Of a stretch of 64,000 bases of DNA, positions 27,000 to 42,035 are shown in pieces. Source of the DNA: Octopus vulgaris (lineage: Eukaryota); assembly GCA_951406725.2 (NCBI GenBank), contig OX597832.1, positions 40,424,001 through 40,488,000 of the forward strand, read 5' to 3'. The notes beneath the pieces are model-generated. The model was not told the DNA's origin. It did no database searches and saw only the letters and a list, made by a program, of their open reading frames with translations. The position numbers and the translations under genes were made by a program. Numbering within the stretch: the stretch's first letter is position 1; each line of letters begins with the position of its first letter.

Positions 27000-27545
27000 C
27001 TCTGATGCTGACACCAAAGACATTTAGTACAAGCTTGGATGGCATGTCACAAACTCAAGAGAATATCAAAGTGAAACCTGAGAAGGGGAGCAAAAATCAA
27101 ACTGTTCTTTGCCACTGTTGAGTCAGTGCTCTTCTACGGCTGTGAAACATGGACCCTTACAAAGCAAGCAAAGAAGAGAGTTTAGGTGGCTGCTACAAAA
27201 GGACACTACAAATGGCCCTTGATGTGAAACGACAACAGCACATGACCAATGACCACCTCTATAGAAGCCATCCCAAAAATGACCAACAAGATCAGAGAAT
27301 GACCTCTTCACATATCAGGTCACTGCATGCAGAGCTAGGAAGAAGAAGCACCAAAACTCGTACTCTGCAGCTCACAGCATGGTATCGGCAAGCTTGGGAG
27401 ATGCTTGTGTGACATTTATAGACAACCTGAAAGAGGACACAGGGTTAGATTCTATCCATAAACTGGAGATGGCGATGATGGATTGAGATTATTGTTGAAA
27501 TGGCTTTGTCTTTGACAACCATGTGGGAACCTAACCAAATTGAGT
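27000..27545 (+). mobile_element. RTE-like LINE C-terminal fragment (second family)
   Basis: KIKLFFATVESVLLYGCETWTL...GCYKRTLQMAL...HMTNDHLY, frameshifted. Confidence 0.75.
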
Positions 27546-28123
27546 ATATATATATATATATATATATATAGTGTGTGTGTGTAACTTTTTTTCCTTTTAC
27601 TCGTTTCAGTCATCAGACTGTGGCCATGATGGGGCACTGCCTTGAAGAATTCTAGTTAAATAAATCAACCCAGTACTTAATTTTTAAAGCCTGGTACTTA
27701 TTATACTGGTCTCTTTTGCTGAACCATTGTTTCAGGGATGTAAACGCACCAACACCAGTTGTCAAGTTGTGGAAGGGTCAAGTTATGAGTATGTGTGTAT
27801 GTATGTATATATATATATATATGTATGTATGTATGTATGTGTGTATGTATGTATATATAAATGTATGTATGTGTGTATGTATGTATATATAAATTTGAAA
27901 AAATAAAATTATGCCATATAGGAAAAAATTACATCTTATAGAAAAATTAAATATAAAATAAAAACATATACTGCCAAATATATACATTTTATTTATTATT
28001 TTGCACATTACTTAATCATTAGTATATGTTTTTATTTTATATTTAATTTTTCTATAAGATGTAATTTTTTTCTATATGGTATAATTTGATATTTTCATTG
28101 TTGAATTGATAACAGGTAGGTTT

Positions 28124-28169
<46 letters not shown>

Positions 28170-28494
28170 ATATATAAATATATATATATATATTATATTT
28201 TGTGAAATTTGATTTAGTATTTCTAAATTGAATTTTTCCCTGTAAGTTTGGAATAATATTCCCTATTATTATTATTACTATTGTTATTATTATTATTATC
28301 ATTATATATATATATATATAAAATTTATAATAAAGGAGAATAGAGATTTATATCCAGTTTTAATCTGGAAATTTATATATATACATACAATGGACTTCTT
28401 TCAGTTTCAGTCTACCAAATCTACTTAAAAAGGCTTTGGTCGGCCTGAGACTATAGTAGACGGTGCCATGCGGTAGGACTGAACTCAGAACAAC

Positions 28495-29430
28495 ATGGGA
28501 ATACTCAATACTCCTTTGTTAATATCAGTATATACCAATTAATCAATATCCACAGATACCATCTGATGAGTTAGTATTTAAGTGTACAATATGTATAAAT
28601 ATTAAACTATTTCTGGATAATTTCTTTTCTTCCCTCTATTGTGTAAAAGTTTGGTATATACTCAAAAGTATTCATAAATTTCTATCCTTTTGTTATAATA
28701 TTCTTCTTAATAATCCTTTGACTAACCCTAAACTTTAACTGTATACAATATAGCAACTTTATTTAAAATATTTAACTATACTACATGATAAGACTTCCCC
28801 TGTTTCATTATCAACGATCTGCTAGTGGCGACCCCCTTAATTATCAGCTAATGTCTTGTTTTAAGTTTTCCTTTACCAAATCTCATGTTATTACTTCTAA
28901 TAAATTTTGATTTTTATGACTGTACCAACTATGATGTCTGTCTGCTCCCTCAGCCCTATCCCTAACAGACACTGCCCTCCGTTCTCTCAGCCTTTGATAT
29001 ACAAGGGATTTGATAAACTAGTATATAAATTAAAACTGACCCCATATAAACAAAAAAATCAGTGACAGGCAGAGTCTGTAACTATGTATATCTTCTTGAA
29101 AATTCAGTAACTTCTAAACTGGAGTGAGACAGCATGTTCTTTGTCTATCTCCTTAACTTCTTGGAGATTTTAGGTATAATTTTACTAATGTGTCCATCTG
29201 TTCTAATTTAATTAAATTCTATGTCTTTGTGCAGCTGAGGATTGCTTTGCATTTTAAATTGATGTAATTATTGCATTGTTCAATTAAATGGAGTTGCATG
29301 AAACGATCGTACTGCATTACTTCTGGATATCCTTGTTGCTTATTTTGATTTTAATCACCTTACTTTGAAATTGTATGGATAATACCAACTAAATTCTGGT
29401 GCCTCAACTTAAGTACCATATTCTTCTGAA
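28495..29430 (-). mobile_element. Highly decayed Penelope-like element fragment
   Basis: AT-rich; 28600-28680 is homologous to 44960-45035. Only weak RT-like residues remain (EYIPNFYTI). Confidence 0.4.
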
Positions 29431-29448
29431 TCTATCTATATATATATA

Positions 29449-30240
29449 TCATCATCATCATCATCGTTTAACGTCTGCTTTCCATGCGAACATGGGTTGG
29501 ACGATTTGACTGAGGACTGGCGAACTAGATGGCTGCACCAGGATCCAATCAGATCCGGCAGATCTGCAGATTCTACAGCTTGATGCCCTTCCTAACGCCA
29601 ACCACTCCAAGAGTGTAGTGGGTGCTTTTATGTGCCACCGGCACGAGGGCCAGTCAGGTGGTACTGGCAATGGCCACGCTCAAAAGGTGCTTCCTACGTG
29701 CCACCTGCACAGAAGCCACTCCAGTGCCACTGGCAATGACCTCGCTCAAATGTTTTTTCACGTGCCACTGGCACAAATGCCAGTGAGGCAACACTGGTAA
29801 TGATCTCTCTCAAATGGTGCTTTTTATGTGCCACCGGAACGGAAGCCAGTTAGCTGCTCTGGCAATGACCATGCTCGGATGGTGCTCTTAGCATTCCACT
29901 AGCACGGATGCCAGTCATCAAATTTGATTTTGATTTTTATTCCGATTTCACTTGCATCAACAGGTCTTTGCTAGCAGAGTTTAGAGTCCAATGAAAGAAA
30001 GTTACGCATAAGTGGGCTGGTTACACCCCTAGCATAGGCCACGAGGTTATGGTCCAATGTTTGAAGGTCATGCCTCACCACCTCAACCCAGGTCTTCCTT
30101 GGTCTACCTCAACTGCTAGGGTGTGGCACTTTTTCACACATGACCATACCAGAACAGTCAACTCTCTTGCATACCACATCTGATGCTAATTTAGGTCCAA
30201 CTTTTCTCTCAAGGTACTTAAACTCTGTTGGGCATGCACA
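29449..30240 (-). mobile_element. RTE LINE 3' portion (ORF end plus repeat-containing 3' UTR)
   Basis: (GAT)n tail, GTGGCAC-TAAAAGCACC repeats, and RPRKTWVEVVRHDLQT / RVDCSGMV remnants like 46400-46550. Confidence 0.8.
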
Positions 30241-30244
30241 CAGA

Positions 30245-32030
<1,786 letters not shown>

Positions 32031-32188
32031 CCCTTGATATGAGTTTCTGTTATTTATATTATTATAAAATAAAAATAAGTATTGGGGGTTAATTTATTTG
32101 ATTAACATTTTTCAAGGTGGTTCCCCATCATGCTGACAGTCCAATGATTGAAACAAGTAAAAGATAAAAGATATATGTATTTATATAC

Positions 32189-32241
<53 letters not shown>

Positions 32242-32527
32242 AAATAAGAAAATGAAGGAATACATTTTAATCAATCATCAACCACTAGATAATACCAATT
32301 CATGTATTATGAATTTGAGGTAAAACATTTTACCTTCGCCCATATAATACAATAAATGAATTAATTGCATTGCAATTCTTAGCATTTATGTATTAGCATT
32401 ACTGGGTGCTTTACTGGCAGTATATTGGATATATGTTATCCCATAGAGGGTTACACTCACAGCCCCTATCTCACTTTGTAATTTTAATTTTAAGTTAACT
32501 TTCTGAGGAATTTGAATTGCTAATACT

Positions 32528-32595
<68 letters not shown>

Positions 32596-33070
32596 TATTT
32601 ATTTATGTGTGTGTATGTGTAAATGTAGATGGACAGATAGGTTAAAATATAGACAGATGGATAGATAGATAGATAAAAACAAACAGATAGTTGAATAGAT
32701 GAAACTGGATGGATGGATGGAGAGAAAAAGTGATAGTAGGATAGAGAGACAAAATGACAGATGGATGGATAGACAGATAAAATGATAATCAAATAGAGAG
32801 AGAGAGAGAAAGAGAGAGAGAGGAAGAGAGAGGGAGAAAGAAAGAAAGAGAGAGAGAGAGAAATGTAAGTACATATTACTCTATTCCAATTCATACATAA
32901 GATATTTATCAAATCTCACAACTATTCTCTATCCACCCTATTTCTTTAATAAAGCCATTCATAGATGAACGCTTTCTAATTGCAATAAAAAAAATAATAA
33001 TATTAATAATACTAATATTAGTAATAATAATAATAAAAGAAAAAGAACTAGTGAAATACTTTTTACTTAC

Positions 33071-33152
33071 TTATTGGCATCTTAGTGAAGATAAATCCAT
33101 GTGTATAGCAATGAAGCACCAAAAGCAGCTGGAGTAGTTGGTAACTCTTCAT
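33071..33152 (-). CDS. Coding exon 1 (signal peptide) of a type I cytokine receptor-like gene
   Basis: Minus strand reads ...ttcactttcag|AATTCCAC-TAG-CAT-TTA-GCT-AAA-ATG, giving an acceptor at 33175 and an in-frame stop 15 nt before the ATG. Encodes MKSYQLLQLLLVLHCYTHGFIFTKMPI, then A|gtaagt (phase 1), which joins the next exon in frame. Confidence 0.8.
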
Positions 33153-33387
33153 TTTAGCTAAATGCTAGTGGAATTCTGAAAGTGAACAACAAAAATTGTT
33201 TGTTTTTTACAATTTTATTACGGCTTGGATTTTTCTCTTAAATGAATTTAACAGCTGTCAACCCCGATGTAATTAAGCAGGCCAGTTTTCAAATGCCATA
33301 AGGTGTTAGAAGCATCATCAAATCTCCATCTGAAAACGATGTTGTATAAAGAAAATGAATTTTCCATTTGCGTTGTTGATGATGCAG

Positions 33388-33790
33388 TTGGTGGTGATAG
33401 TGGTGGCGGTGGTAGCGGTGGTGGTGGTGGTGGTGGTGGTGGTAGCGGTGGTGGTGGTGGTAGCGGTGGTGGTGGTGGTGGTGGTGGTGGTGGTGGTGGT
33501 GGTGGTGGTGGTGGTGGTGGTGGTGGCGGCGGCGGTGGTGGTGGTGGTGGTGGTGATGGTGGTGGTGGTGGTGGTGGTGATGGTGGTGGTGGTGGTGGTG
33601 GTGGTAGCAGTGGTGGTGGTGGTGGTTGCAGTGGTGGTGGTAGTGGTGGTGATAGTGGTGATAGTGGTGGTGGTGGTGGTAGCGGTGGTGGTGGTTGCAG
33701 TGGTGGTGGTGGTGGTTGTCGTAATGATAGTGCTGGCGCCTGTTATGATGGTAGTGCTGGTGCTGGTTACTATTGTAGTAATAGCAGAGT
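33388..33790. repeat. (GGT)n tract
   Basis: Directly visible; lies about 210 bp into the intron upstream of the signal-peptide exon acceptor. Confidence 0.9.
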
Positions 33791-33877
33791 TAGTGAAGCT
33801 AGATATATGAATGTGTAGGGGAAATGTACTGCTGTTTATTTGCTTCTGGTTCCAGTGCAACAGAACGGTTTTGATTT

Positions 33878-34113
33878 CTTATTTCTTTACTGCCCACAAG
33901 GGGCTATACACACAGAGGGGACAAACAAGGACAGACAAACGGATTAAGTCGATTACATCGACCCCAGTGCATAACTAGTACTTATTTAATCGGACCCTGA
34001 AAGGATGAAAAGTAAAGTTGACCTCGGCGGAATTTGAACTCAGAATGTAGTGGCAGACGAAATACTGCTAAGCATTTTGCCCGGTGTGCTAACGTTTCTG
34101 CCAGCTCGCCGCT
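33878..34113 (-). mobile_element. Full-length Nin-like SINE monomer
   Basis: Head gcggcgagctggcagaaacgttagc, B box gagttcaaattcc, tail gtgggcagtaaagaaata. Confidence 0.85.
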
Positions 34114-34311
34114 TTTGATTTCTGACAAAGATCCAATTGGTCTTTCATCCTTCTGGAGTCAATAAAATAAATACCAGTTGAGTACTAGGAATCAAAATAA
34201 TTGACTTAGCCTCTCCCCGAAATTGCTGCCCTAGTGCCAAAATTTGAAACCATCATCATCATCATTATTATTATTATTATTATTATTATTTGTTGTTGTT
34301 GTTGTTATTTA

Positions 34312-34362
<51 letters not shown>

Positions 34363-34629
34363 ATTATTATTATTAGGCAGAATCATTAGCACACTGGGCA
34401 AAACGTTTAGCAGCATTTTGTCCACCTTTGTGTTCTAAGTTCAAATTCCACTGAGGTCAACTTTGCCTCTCATCCTTTCAGGGTCGATAAATTAATTACC
34501 AGTGAAACACTGGGGTTGATGTAATTGACTAGTCCCTTCCCAACAAAATTTCAGGCCTTCTAACTTTAGTAGAAAGGACTATTATTATCATAATAATAAT
34601 AATTATTAATATTATTATCATTAAGGTAG

Positions 34630-35053
34630 CAAGGTGATTTCTTGCAACAAGCTGGCCTCTGAGCCAATGGCACGTAAAAACACCATTCGAGTGTGATCGT
34701 TACCTGCGTCACCTTACTAGCACTTGTGCTGGTGGCACAAGTAAAAAACATTCGAGCGAGGTCGTCACCAGTGCCGCTAGACTGGCTCCTGTGCAGGTGG
34801 CATGTAAAAAGCACCATTTGAGCATGGCCGTTGCCAGTTCCGCCTAACTGGCCCTCGTGCTGTTGGCACATAAAAGCACCCACTACACACTCGGAGTGGT
34901 TGGCGTTAGGAAGGGCATCCAGCTGTAGAAAATCTGCCAGATCAGATTGGAGTCTGGTACAGCCATCTGGTTCGCCAGACCTCAGTCAAATCATCCAACC
35001 CATGCTAGCATGGGAAGCGGACATTAAACGATTATGATGATGATGATGATGAT
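34630..35053 (+). mobile_element. RTE 3' UTR-derived element
   Basis: Four GGCAC-TAAAA repeats, conserved tail and (GAT)n. An inverted copy lies at 35838-36212. Confidence 0.8.
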
Positions 35054-36212
35054 TCATGATAGATCTGCTTCATGGGGAATGACCGAGGGTTAAACAACAA
35101 CAACATTCAAATTATGAAGATTTCTGTGGAAGGACAATAATGGTAATAAGTATGACATATACAAAAAATTGTTAGAAAAAGGTATAATTCCAGTATTGTA
35201 TTCCTTCACCGGAACTAACAGAAACAGAAGCAAAATACCCTCAATCCCCACCCCACCCAGCCGCTCACCCACCAAAAGCAAAACTAAAATTTAAAGAGAA
35301 GTAGTTCAGAAAATTTTTTTATTCAACCCTCCCATAATGCAAAAATTTCAGGTCAGAAATAAAAAATTAAAAAAAAGAAAATTCCCCCAAAATATTTATA
35401 TACATAAAAAAAATGAGTTTTAGTTATAATATTTCATATTCAAGTTTAACCTGAACCCTTCTCAGTCATGACATTCAAATTTGAGAAGTTTCAATTTCCT
35501 GGTATTAAATCAACTGTAAACCTCCCTCATTTGACTCATAATTGCCACAGGTTTCTTCCTTTCTGCCCTAGGCCCTTGCCCCACATCACACATCCTGTCA
35601 TATCCCCCATTATTACCTCAAGTTAAAAGGTTCTTCATGTGAACAAATGTAAAAGAATTTAGTAAATAAAACCTTGGCCAGGGGGTTACTGGATATGAGC
35701 AAATATGAACGGAATATATATGCGTGTGTGTCTGTGTTTTTACACATACATAGGTACACATTACCCAGTGTATATGTATGTATGTGTGTGTGTGTGTGCG
35801 TGCGTGTGTATGTATGTATATGTATATATATATATATCATCATCGTCATTTAACGTCCGCTTTCCATGCTAGCATGGGTTGGACGATTTGACTGAGGACT
35901 GGCGAACCAGATGACTGCACCAGGATCCAATCTTGATCCGGCAGAGTTTCTACAGCTGGATGCCCTTCCTAACGCCAACCACTCCAAGAGTGTAGTGGGT
36001 GCTTTTACATGCCACTGGCACGAGAGCCAGTCAGGTGGTACTGGCAATGGCCACGCTCAAAAGGTGCTTCCTATGTGCCACCTGCACAGGAGCCAGTCCA
36101 GCGGCACTGGCAACGACCTCGCTCGAATGTTTTTTCACTTGCCACCGGCACAAGTGCCAGTAAGGTGACACTGGTAACAATCACGCTCGAATGGTGCTTT
36201 TTACATACCACC

Positions 36213-36248
<36 letters not shown>

Positions 36249-36429
36249 ACATCTGCTTATCATGATAAATATATATACATTGTTGAAAAGCATGATGTGG
36301 TGATTTTTGTCTGACAGAAAGTCTCTTCACAGACATGTGCTAAAAAACACAATAGATAATGGAGTGACATCACAGCAGTGATTCTCAGAAATGACAGATG
36401 CATCTCACCCTACTTAAAGCTTGTCAATG

Positions 36430-37187
36430 CTGTGCACCTGTTGGTCACTTGCCATGATGAAATTTATGCTTTTTGCTGGTCATCCTGGTTCTTTGTCATT
36501 TCCTTAACGAGGTTCAAAGTTCTGAGATCAATCTTCTCCATCTTGTCCATGTCTTTCTGGGTCTTCCTCTTCCACAAGCTCCATCCACATTAAATGAGCT
36601 CAACTTCTTTATACAGTGATCTTCATCATTATGCATCACATGTCCCTGCCAGCACAGCCTTCTTTCTTGCACACTACATCTGACCCCTTTTATGCACAGT
36701 TTTACTCTCAACACATTTCTACATTGTTGTTCAAACATGCTTACATTGTACATCCAGTGGAGTATGCTAGCTTCACTTCTTTCTAGTCTTCTCAAATCCT
36801 CTGCATTCAAGGTCCATGCTGCAATCACATGTAGGATTGCAGTTCTAACACAAGCATCATACAATCTTCTTTACACTCTAGAGGAAAATACTTTTGTTGC
36901 CAGCAGTGAGAGAAGGTCTCTGAACTTTTACTAAACTGTCCTCCCCTGGCTGCGAACTACCGAAGCATACTTCCCTAGTTTTACCTTCATATCACTTAAC
37001 CATGCCGCAATCACATGTAGGATTGCAGTTCTAACACAAGCATCATACAATCTTCTTTACACTCTAGAGGAAAATACTTTTGTTGCCAGCAGTGAGAGAA
37101 GGTCTCTGAACTTTTACTAAACTGTCCTCCCCTGGCTGCGAACTACCGAAGCATACTTCCCTAGTTTTACCTTCATATCACTTAACC
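36430..37187 (-). mobile_element. RTE ORF C-terminal fragment with 186-bp tandem duplication
   Basis: YDACVRTAILH...DLRRLERSEASILHWM...GRGRPRKTW; 36814-36999 is repeated at 37000-37187. Confidence 0.85.
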
Positions 37188-37409
37188 TCTTCGCTACCTT
37201 GAACCATTGGACTTGAGATCCATCCTTCATTCTTAAAACTGTCCTCTCAAGCCTCATTTTACTTGATCACCCTCCTGAGTCATCAAATTTTCTCTCTCTC
37301 TCCACCAACGTACATCTTCCACTTTCTTTGTCTATGCACTACACTTGCCTATCCTCCATAATCTTGCACCTACCCAACTGCATGTCATCATGTATGTATG
37401 TGTGTACAA

Positions 37410-37442
<33 letters not shown>

Positions 37443-38271
37443 GTGGTATGAATTATGTACCAAATCTAGTCTGCATGTATCAGATGTCATTGAATTACTC
37501 CAGTGCTGGTAGTCATGGTTGGATTACTCACATGAAAAAACAGTACCTCGATAATAGAGAAACAGAGATAATTAAATTATCCAGGCTGGTGGATCCGTAG
37601 GAAGTGGAAACAAGAAGATTAAAGAATTTTTACAAATACAGTAGCTAAAGTCTGTTGCCCCACACACACACTCTCTCCCTCTCTCTGCTTCTGTAAACAG
37701 AAAATTAAGCAGAATATGGAACATCATTTCATTATATAGTCTGTTAACAAAGAGTAAAACTGTGTGCTGTATCAGCACACAGTTTTACTCTTTGTTAACA
37801 GACTATATGTGCAAACACACAAAAATATTTTCATTTACACCTATAAACATGAACACACACACATACACATGATAGATCGTTAGCCACTATATGCATTTTT
37901 TTTTCTCTCCTTGTTTTTTCTGTGTCCCTTTCTGTAGAAGAGTGGAGGCTCGAAACGTAAAAGACTTTTTCTATTCCTGAGCGTTATACTAATACATCTG
38001 TTTGTTTTGTACACCACCTGTCTTCGTCTTTTGTTTTTTTCGTAAACTCTCCCTATATATATATATATATATATCATCAGTAAATCAAAAATCCAAAAGT
38101 GAAGCACACTCCAAGTCATAGAGCAGTGGAATAATTAGAGAAAGATTACCCAAACATTAGGGTCTGAAGAAACACCATAAATCTAAGTGCTTTCTATTAC
38201 ATGCATGTATAAATATGTATATATAGAAAGATTGATAGATAGATAGAAGGATAGATAGATAGATATATGTG

Positions 38272-38304
<33 letters not shown>

Positions 38305-38548
38305 CATCATCGTTTAATGTCTGCTTTCCATGCTAGCATGGGTTGGACGGTGTGACCGGGGTCTAGAAAGCCAGTAGGCTGCACCAGGCTCCAGTCTGAT
38401 CTGGCAGTGTTTCTACAGCTGGATGCTCTTCCTAACGCCAACCACTCCAAGAGTGTAGTGGATGCTTTTTACGTGCCACCAGCATGGAAGCCAGTCAAGG
38501 CGGTGCTAAGATTGATAGATAGATACATACATAGATATTATATGTGTA

Positions 38549-38590
<42 letters not shown>

Positions 38591-38613
38591 TAGGCAATGT
38601 ATGTATGTGTGTG

Positions 38614-38650
<37 letters not shown>

Positions 38651-38767
38651 CAGGGTAGAAGAATTAGAGAAATTTTCTACCAGTGCCTAGCATGCATAAA
38701 TATAGCCTTGGACAGACCAAAGCCTTGTGAGTGGATTTGGTAGACAGAAACTGAAAGTCCATTGTAA

Positions 38768-38799
<32 letters not shown>

Positions 38800-39129
38800 A
38801 CAGTGTACATTTAAACACATAAGAGGTATCAATCATAGGATACCTGACATGCTAGAAGGAATAGCCAAAATCCAAACCTCTATTAGGGCTAAATTTCGAA
38901 GGGAATGCAAATTAAAAACATTTACTGGCATTATTTTATTTGCTGCTGACAAAAAACTGTGCTTGCGCGGTGGATTTGAAAAATTATAATATGTAAGTAC
39001 AGGGCCCATGCTGGATTGCCTCGCATTTTATGTGCCAGTGGCACGAGTGCCATTTGCATGACACCAGTCCCTGCCATGACTGTGTGTGTATATGGATGTA
39101 TGTATGTAGATAGATAGATATTATATACA

Positions 39130-39491
39130 CTTTACTCTCTCTTTTACTCTTTTATTTGTTTCAGTCATTTGACTGTGGCCATGCTGGAGCACCACCTTTA
39201 GTCAAGCAAATCGACCCCAGGACTTATTCTTTGTAAGCCTAGTACTTATTCTATCGGTCTCTTTTGCCGAGCCGCTAGGTTACGGGGACGCAATCACACC
39301 AAACATATACACACACATACATATATACGACGGGCTTCTTTCAGTTTCTATCTACCAAATCCACTCACAAGGCTTTGGTTGGCCCGAGGCTATAGTAGAA
39401 GACACTTGCCCAAGGTGCCACGCAGTGGGACTGAACCCAGTACCATGTGGTTGGTAAGCAAGCTACTTACCACACAGCCACTCCTGCGCCT
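39130..39491 (-). mobile_element. CORE-type SINE
   Basis: Reverse copy of the 665-1085 family. Other copies at 42752-43104 (-), 43845-44243 (-), 52083-52450 (+) and 60259-60656 (+); partial copy at 61432-61582. Confidence 0.9.
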
Positions 39492-39593
39492 ATGTGCATA
39501 TATATATATATATAACTGTCCAACCCATGCTAAACTGGAAAAACGGACGTTAAACGATGATGATGATAATGATGATGATGATGATGACTTTTC

Positions 39594-40031
39594 TGTAAGA
39601 AAATGTTTTGGCAATCTTTCGTCTCTAGTAGACCTTTCCGTCGATTTCCGTAAAAAATTTTTTTTTCTTTTACATATGGGCTTGCGGGAACTTTTGAAGT
39701 AATGAGAGCGAAAGAGACTAAGAGAAAGCGATTGTATGACGAGGGAAATTCTTTTGAAGTTACCGTGCATGGGAAGCATTGATGTACATGTGTGTGTGTG
39801 TGTGTTTGATGGGGTGTGGGAGACAGAAAGTATATTGTGTAAGTGAAGTGCTTCTGTTAGTGTGTGTGAAGAGAGAGATAACTGATATTTTTTACTCGGT
39901 GTATGTGTATATGTATGTATGTATATTACTTCAAATGTTCCCGCAAGCCCATATGTAAAAAAAAAATTTTTTAACGGAAATCGACGGAAAGGTCTACTAG
40001 AGACGAAAGATCGCCAATGTTTTTTCTTACA
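39594..40031. mobile_element. MITE-like element with ~110-bp inverted arms
   Basis: tgtaagaaaa...ctttcgtctctagtagacctttccgtcgatttccgt...gggcttgcgggaac..ttgaagtaat and its reverse complement at about 39925-40031. No clear TSD. Confidence 0.75.
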
Positions 40032-40903
40032 TGTACAAAGACACACACAGCTTCGCTTGTTTGGGGTGCAGGTAAAAATTTTAATTACCATTATTTTTTG
40101 GTGCTTATATTCTAGCAATGGACCATGCATGGGCGAAGCATGTGTTACTCCCACATCAACATTCCATAAAATGTGCTTATGGAGAGAAAAATATTGAAAA
40201 GCATCAATACATGTCAGAGTGAGAAACAAGGAGGGTGGTCTTGGCATGTGCTAGAAACAACAGCCAAATCTCCCTTTAATCGCACGATTTTTCGTCTGAA
40301 AATATTTACAAAATTTTTTTACCACCAAAAAAAAAAAAAGGCTTCTCCCGAGGTCTTTAAGTACAAAAAAGAAAATGGTCAAAATTGGTGGTGGGCATGG
40401 AGAAAAAAAATCATAACATTTCCGAACATTTTTAATTTTTTAGAAAAAGATGTGGTAAAAAAAAAAAGAAATAAGAAAAAATTCATCAAAATGTAGAAAT
40501 TCTAACTTATATAGGCTCCCTGGTCCAAAGCTCTCTCCCCACCCCTTGGAAAAAGCTTTCCCAAAAATTTCTTTATGATCGTAATCCATGTCGATTGAAA
40601 GGTATTTGTATAAGATTTCGTTAAAAAGTATCCATTTTTCTGGAAGTTATGAGACCACACATTCGGTGGGGTACTCATCTGTAGTTATGCCTAATAGCTA
40701 TATGCCACAACAAACATTTTAACTAACCTAATGAGTGTGTGTGTGTGTGAATATACACACACACACTAACTATAATATATATATATATATATATTGGCCT
40801 GCTCGCTTAGCCAGCGGGGTGGCGTCGTTCGAAGGCTAAAACAATGCGAACGCATTGTGACCAGCGATGTGTAGCAACATCTGATGGTCTGATCGGTCAC
40901 GTG

Positions 40904-40936
<33 letters not shown>

Positions 40937-41484
40937 ATATAATATAAAAAAAAGGAACCAAGAAGTGGACCTAGTTCAAATTTACAGAAAACAAAAGAGG
41001 ACAGGTAAAGGAATAACAAACAGGTGTTTTAGTTTGACGTTCGGAAAGAATTGAAAGGTCTTTGATGTTTCAAGCCTACGCTCTTCAACAGAAAGGATTG
41101 AGAGGGGGGAGGAAAAAGAGAAGAAGAGAAAGAACAAGAAAACCGGAGAGAGAGAGAAAATGCGTCGGGATTAACGGTTCATTATAACGAAATATATATT
41201 TTTCCATTCATTCATTCATTCTTCCACTCCTCTGTTTCACTTCGTAATAAATAAAGTGGTTTACATACCCTCGAGTCAACGGAAAAGCTATTCGAAATCA
41301 AGCTCGTGCGCCTGTTATATACTAACAATTCTCTTTTTTCCAAGAAACTTTGAATAAATTTTTTTCTTTGTCTCCACGTGTGTGGGGGGGGGGGGTTTGT
41401 CTTCCACTACCGCTTGACTTAGGGTGTGATTAACGGTTGCATTGCTAGAAATAAGAGTTAAAATGCTCCAATGCATAACATATA

Positions 41485-41579
41485 CTCTGATAGGGGCTGC
41501 AATCACACGAACCGAGAATTCCTTAGACTGACCGATCAGTTTCGACCATCGCCGTTCTGAGCTACATTACCTATCAGAG
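41485..41579. mobile_element. 95-bp TA-flanked MITE
   Basis: TA-CTCTGATAGG ... CCTATCAGAG-TA. Confidence 0.6.
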
Positions 41580-41650
41580 TATATATACACTCACCGTAAA
41601 AAATCTATATACGCATACCTCCACACCGGCTTTGTTTCTTTATAGCTACA

Positions 41651-42035
41651 CTAGCAGTATCGCCCGGCGTTGCTCAGGTTTGTAAGGGAAATAACTATAA
41701 AGCATTTTTAGAGAGTTATAGCCAAAAAATAGCAAAAAAATGGAAAACAAATGATGGTAAATTTTTTTTGAGAGTTAAAAAAGGTAGAGTTGCGTCCCCT
41801 AGACGGTCTGTGGTTTGGGTTTCTAATTCTCGACCCCATGTCGAATTTATCGATTTTTTTCAGAACTGGGGGAACTTTTCAAAATTTTCGCTGCGTTAGT
41901 TTTGAATTATGACATTGGGCTATGTGTGTGTCAAGTTTCATCAGAATCGGTTGAAAGCCGTGGTCAGGGTGAGGGTACGAGAAAACAGACACACAGAAAC
42001 ACGCACAGACAAACTGCCGTTTATATAGAGAGAGA
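41651..42035 (-). mobile_element. Non-autonomous Helitron
   Basis: TC start at 42035; gagcaacgccgggcgatactgCTAG end; A|T target. Confidence 0.9.

Noticed and set aside
33303-33860. Poly-Gly, poly-Thr (mucin-like) and poly-Val ORFs next to the signal-peptide exon
   Set aside because: Trinucleotide repeat; it lies upstream of the acceptor and of an in-frame stop before the ATG.
34660-34890. CRISPR-like repeat-spacer appearance
   Set aside because: Part of an RTE 3' UTR in eukaryotic DNA; spacers are mutually related and there are no cas genes.
39390-40247. 285-aa ORF, the longest in the window
   Set aside because: Runs through a MITE, a microsatellite and a SINE; no domain-like content.
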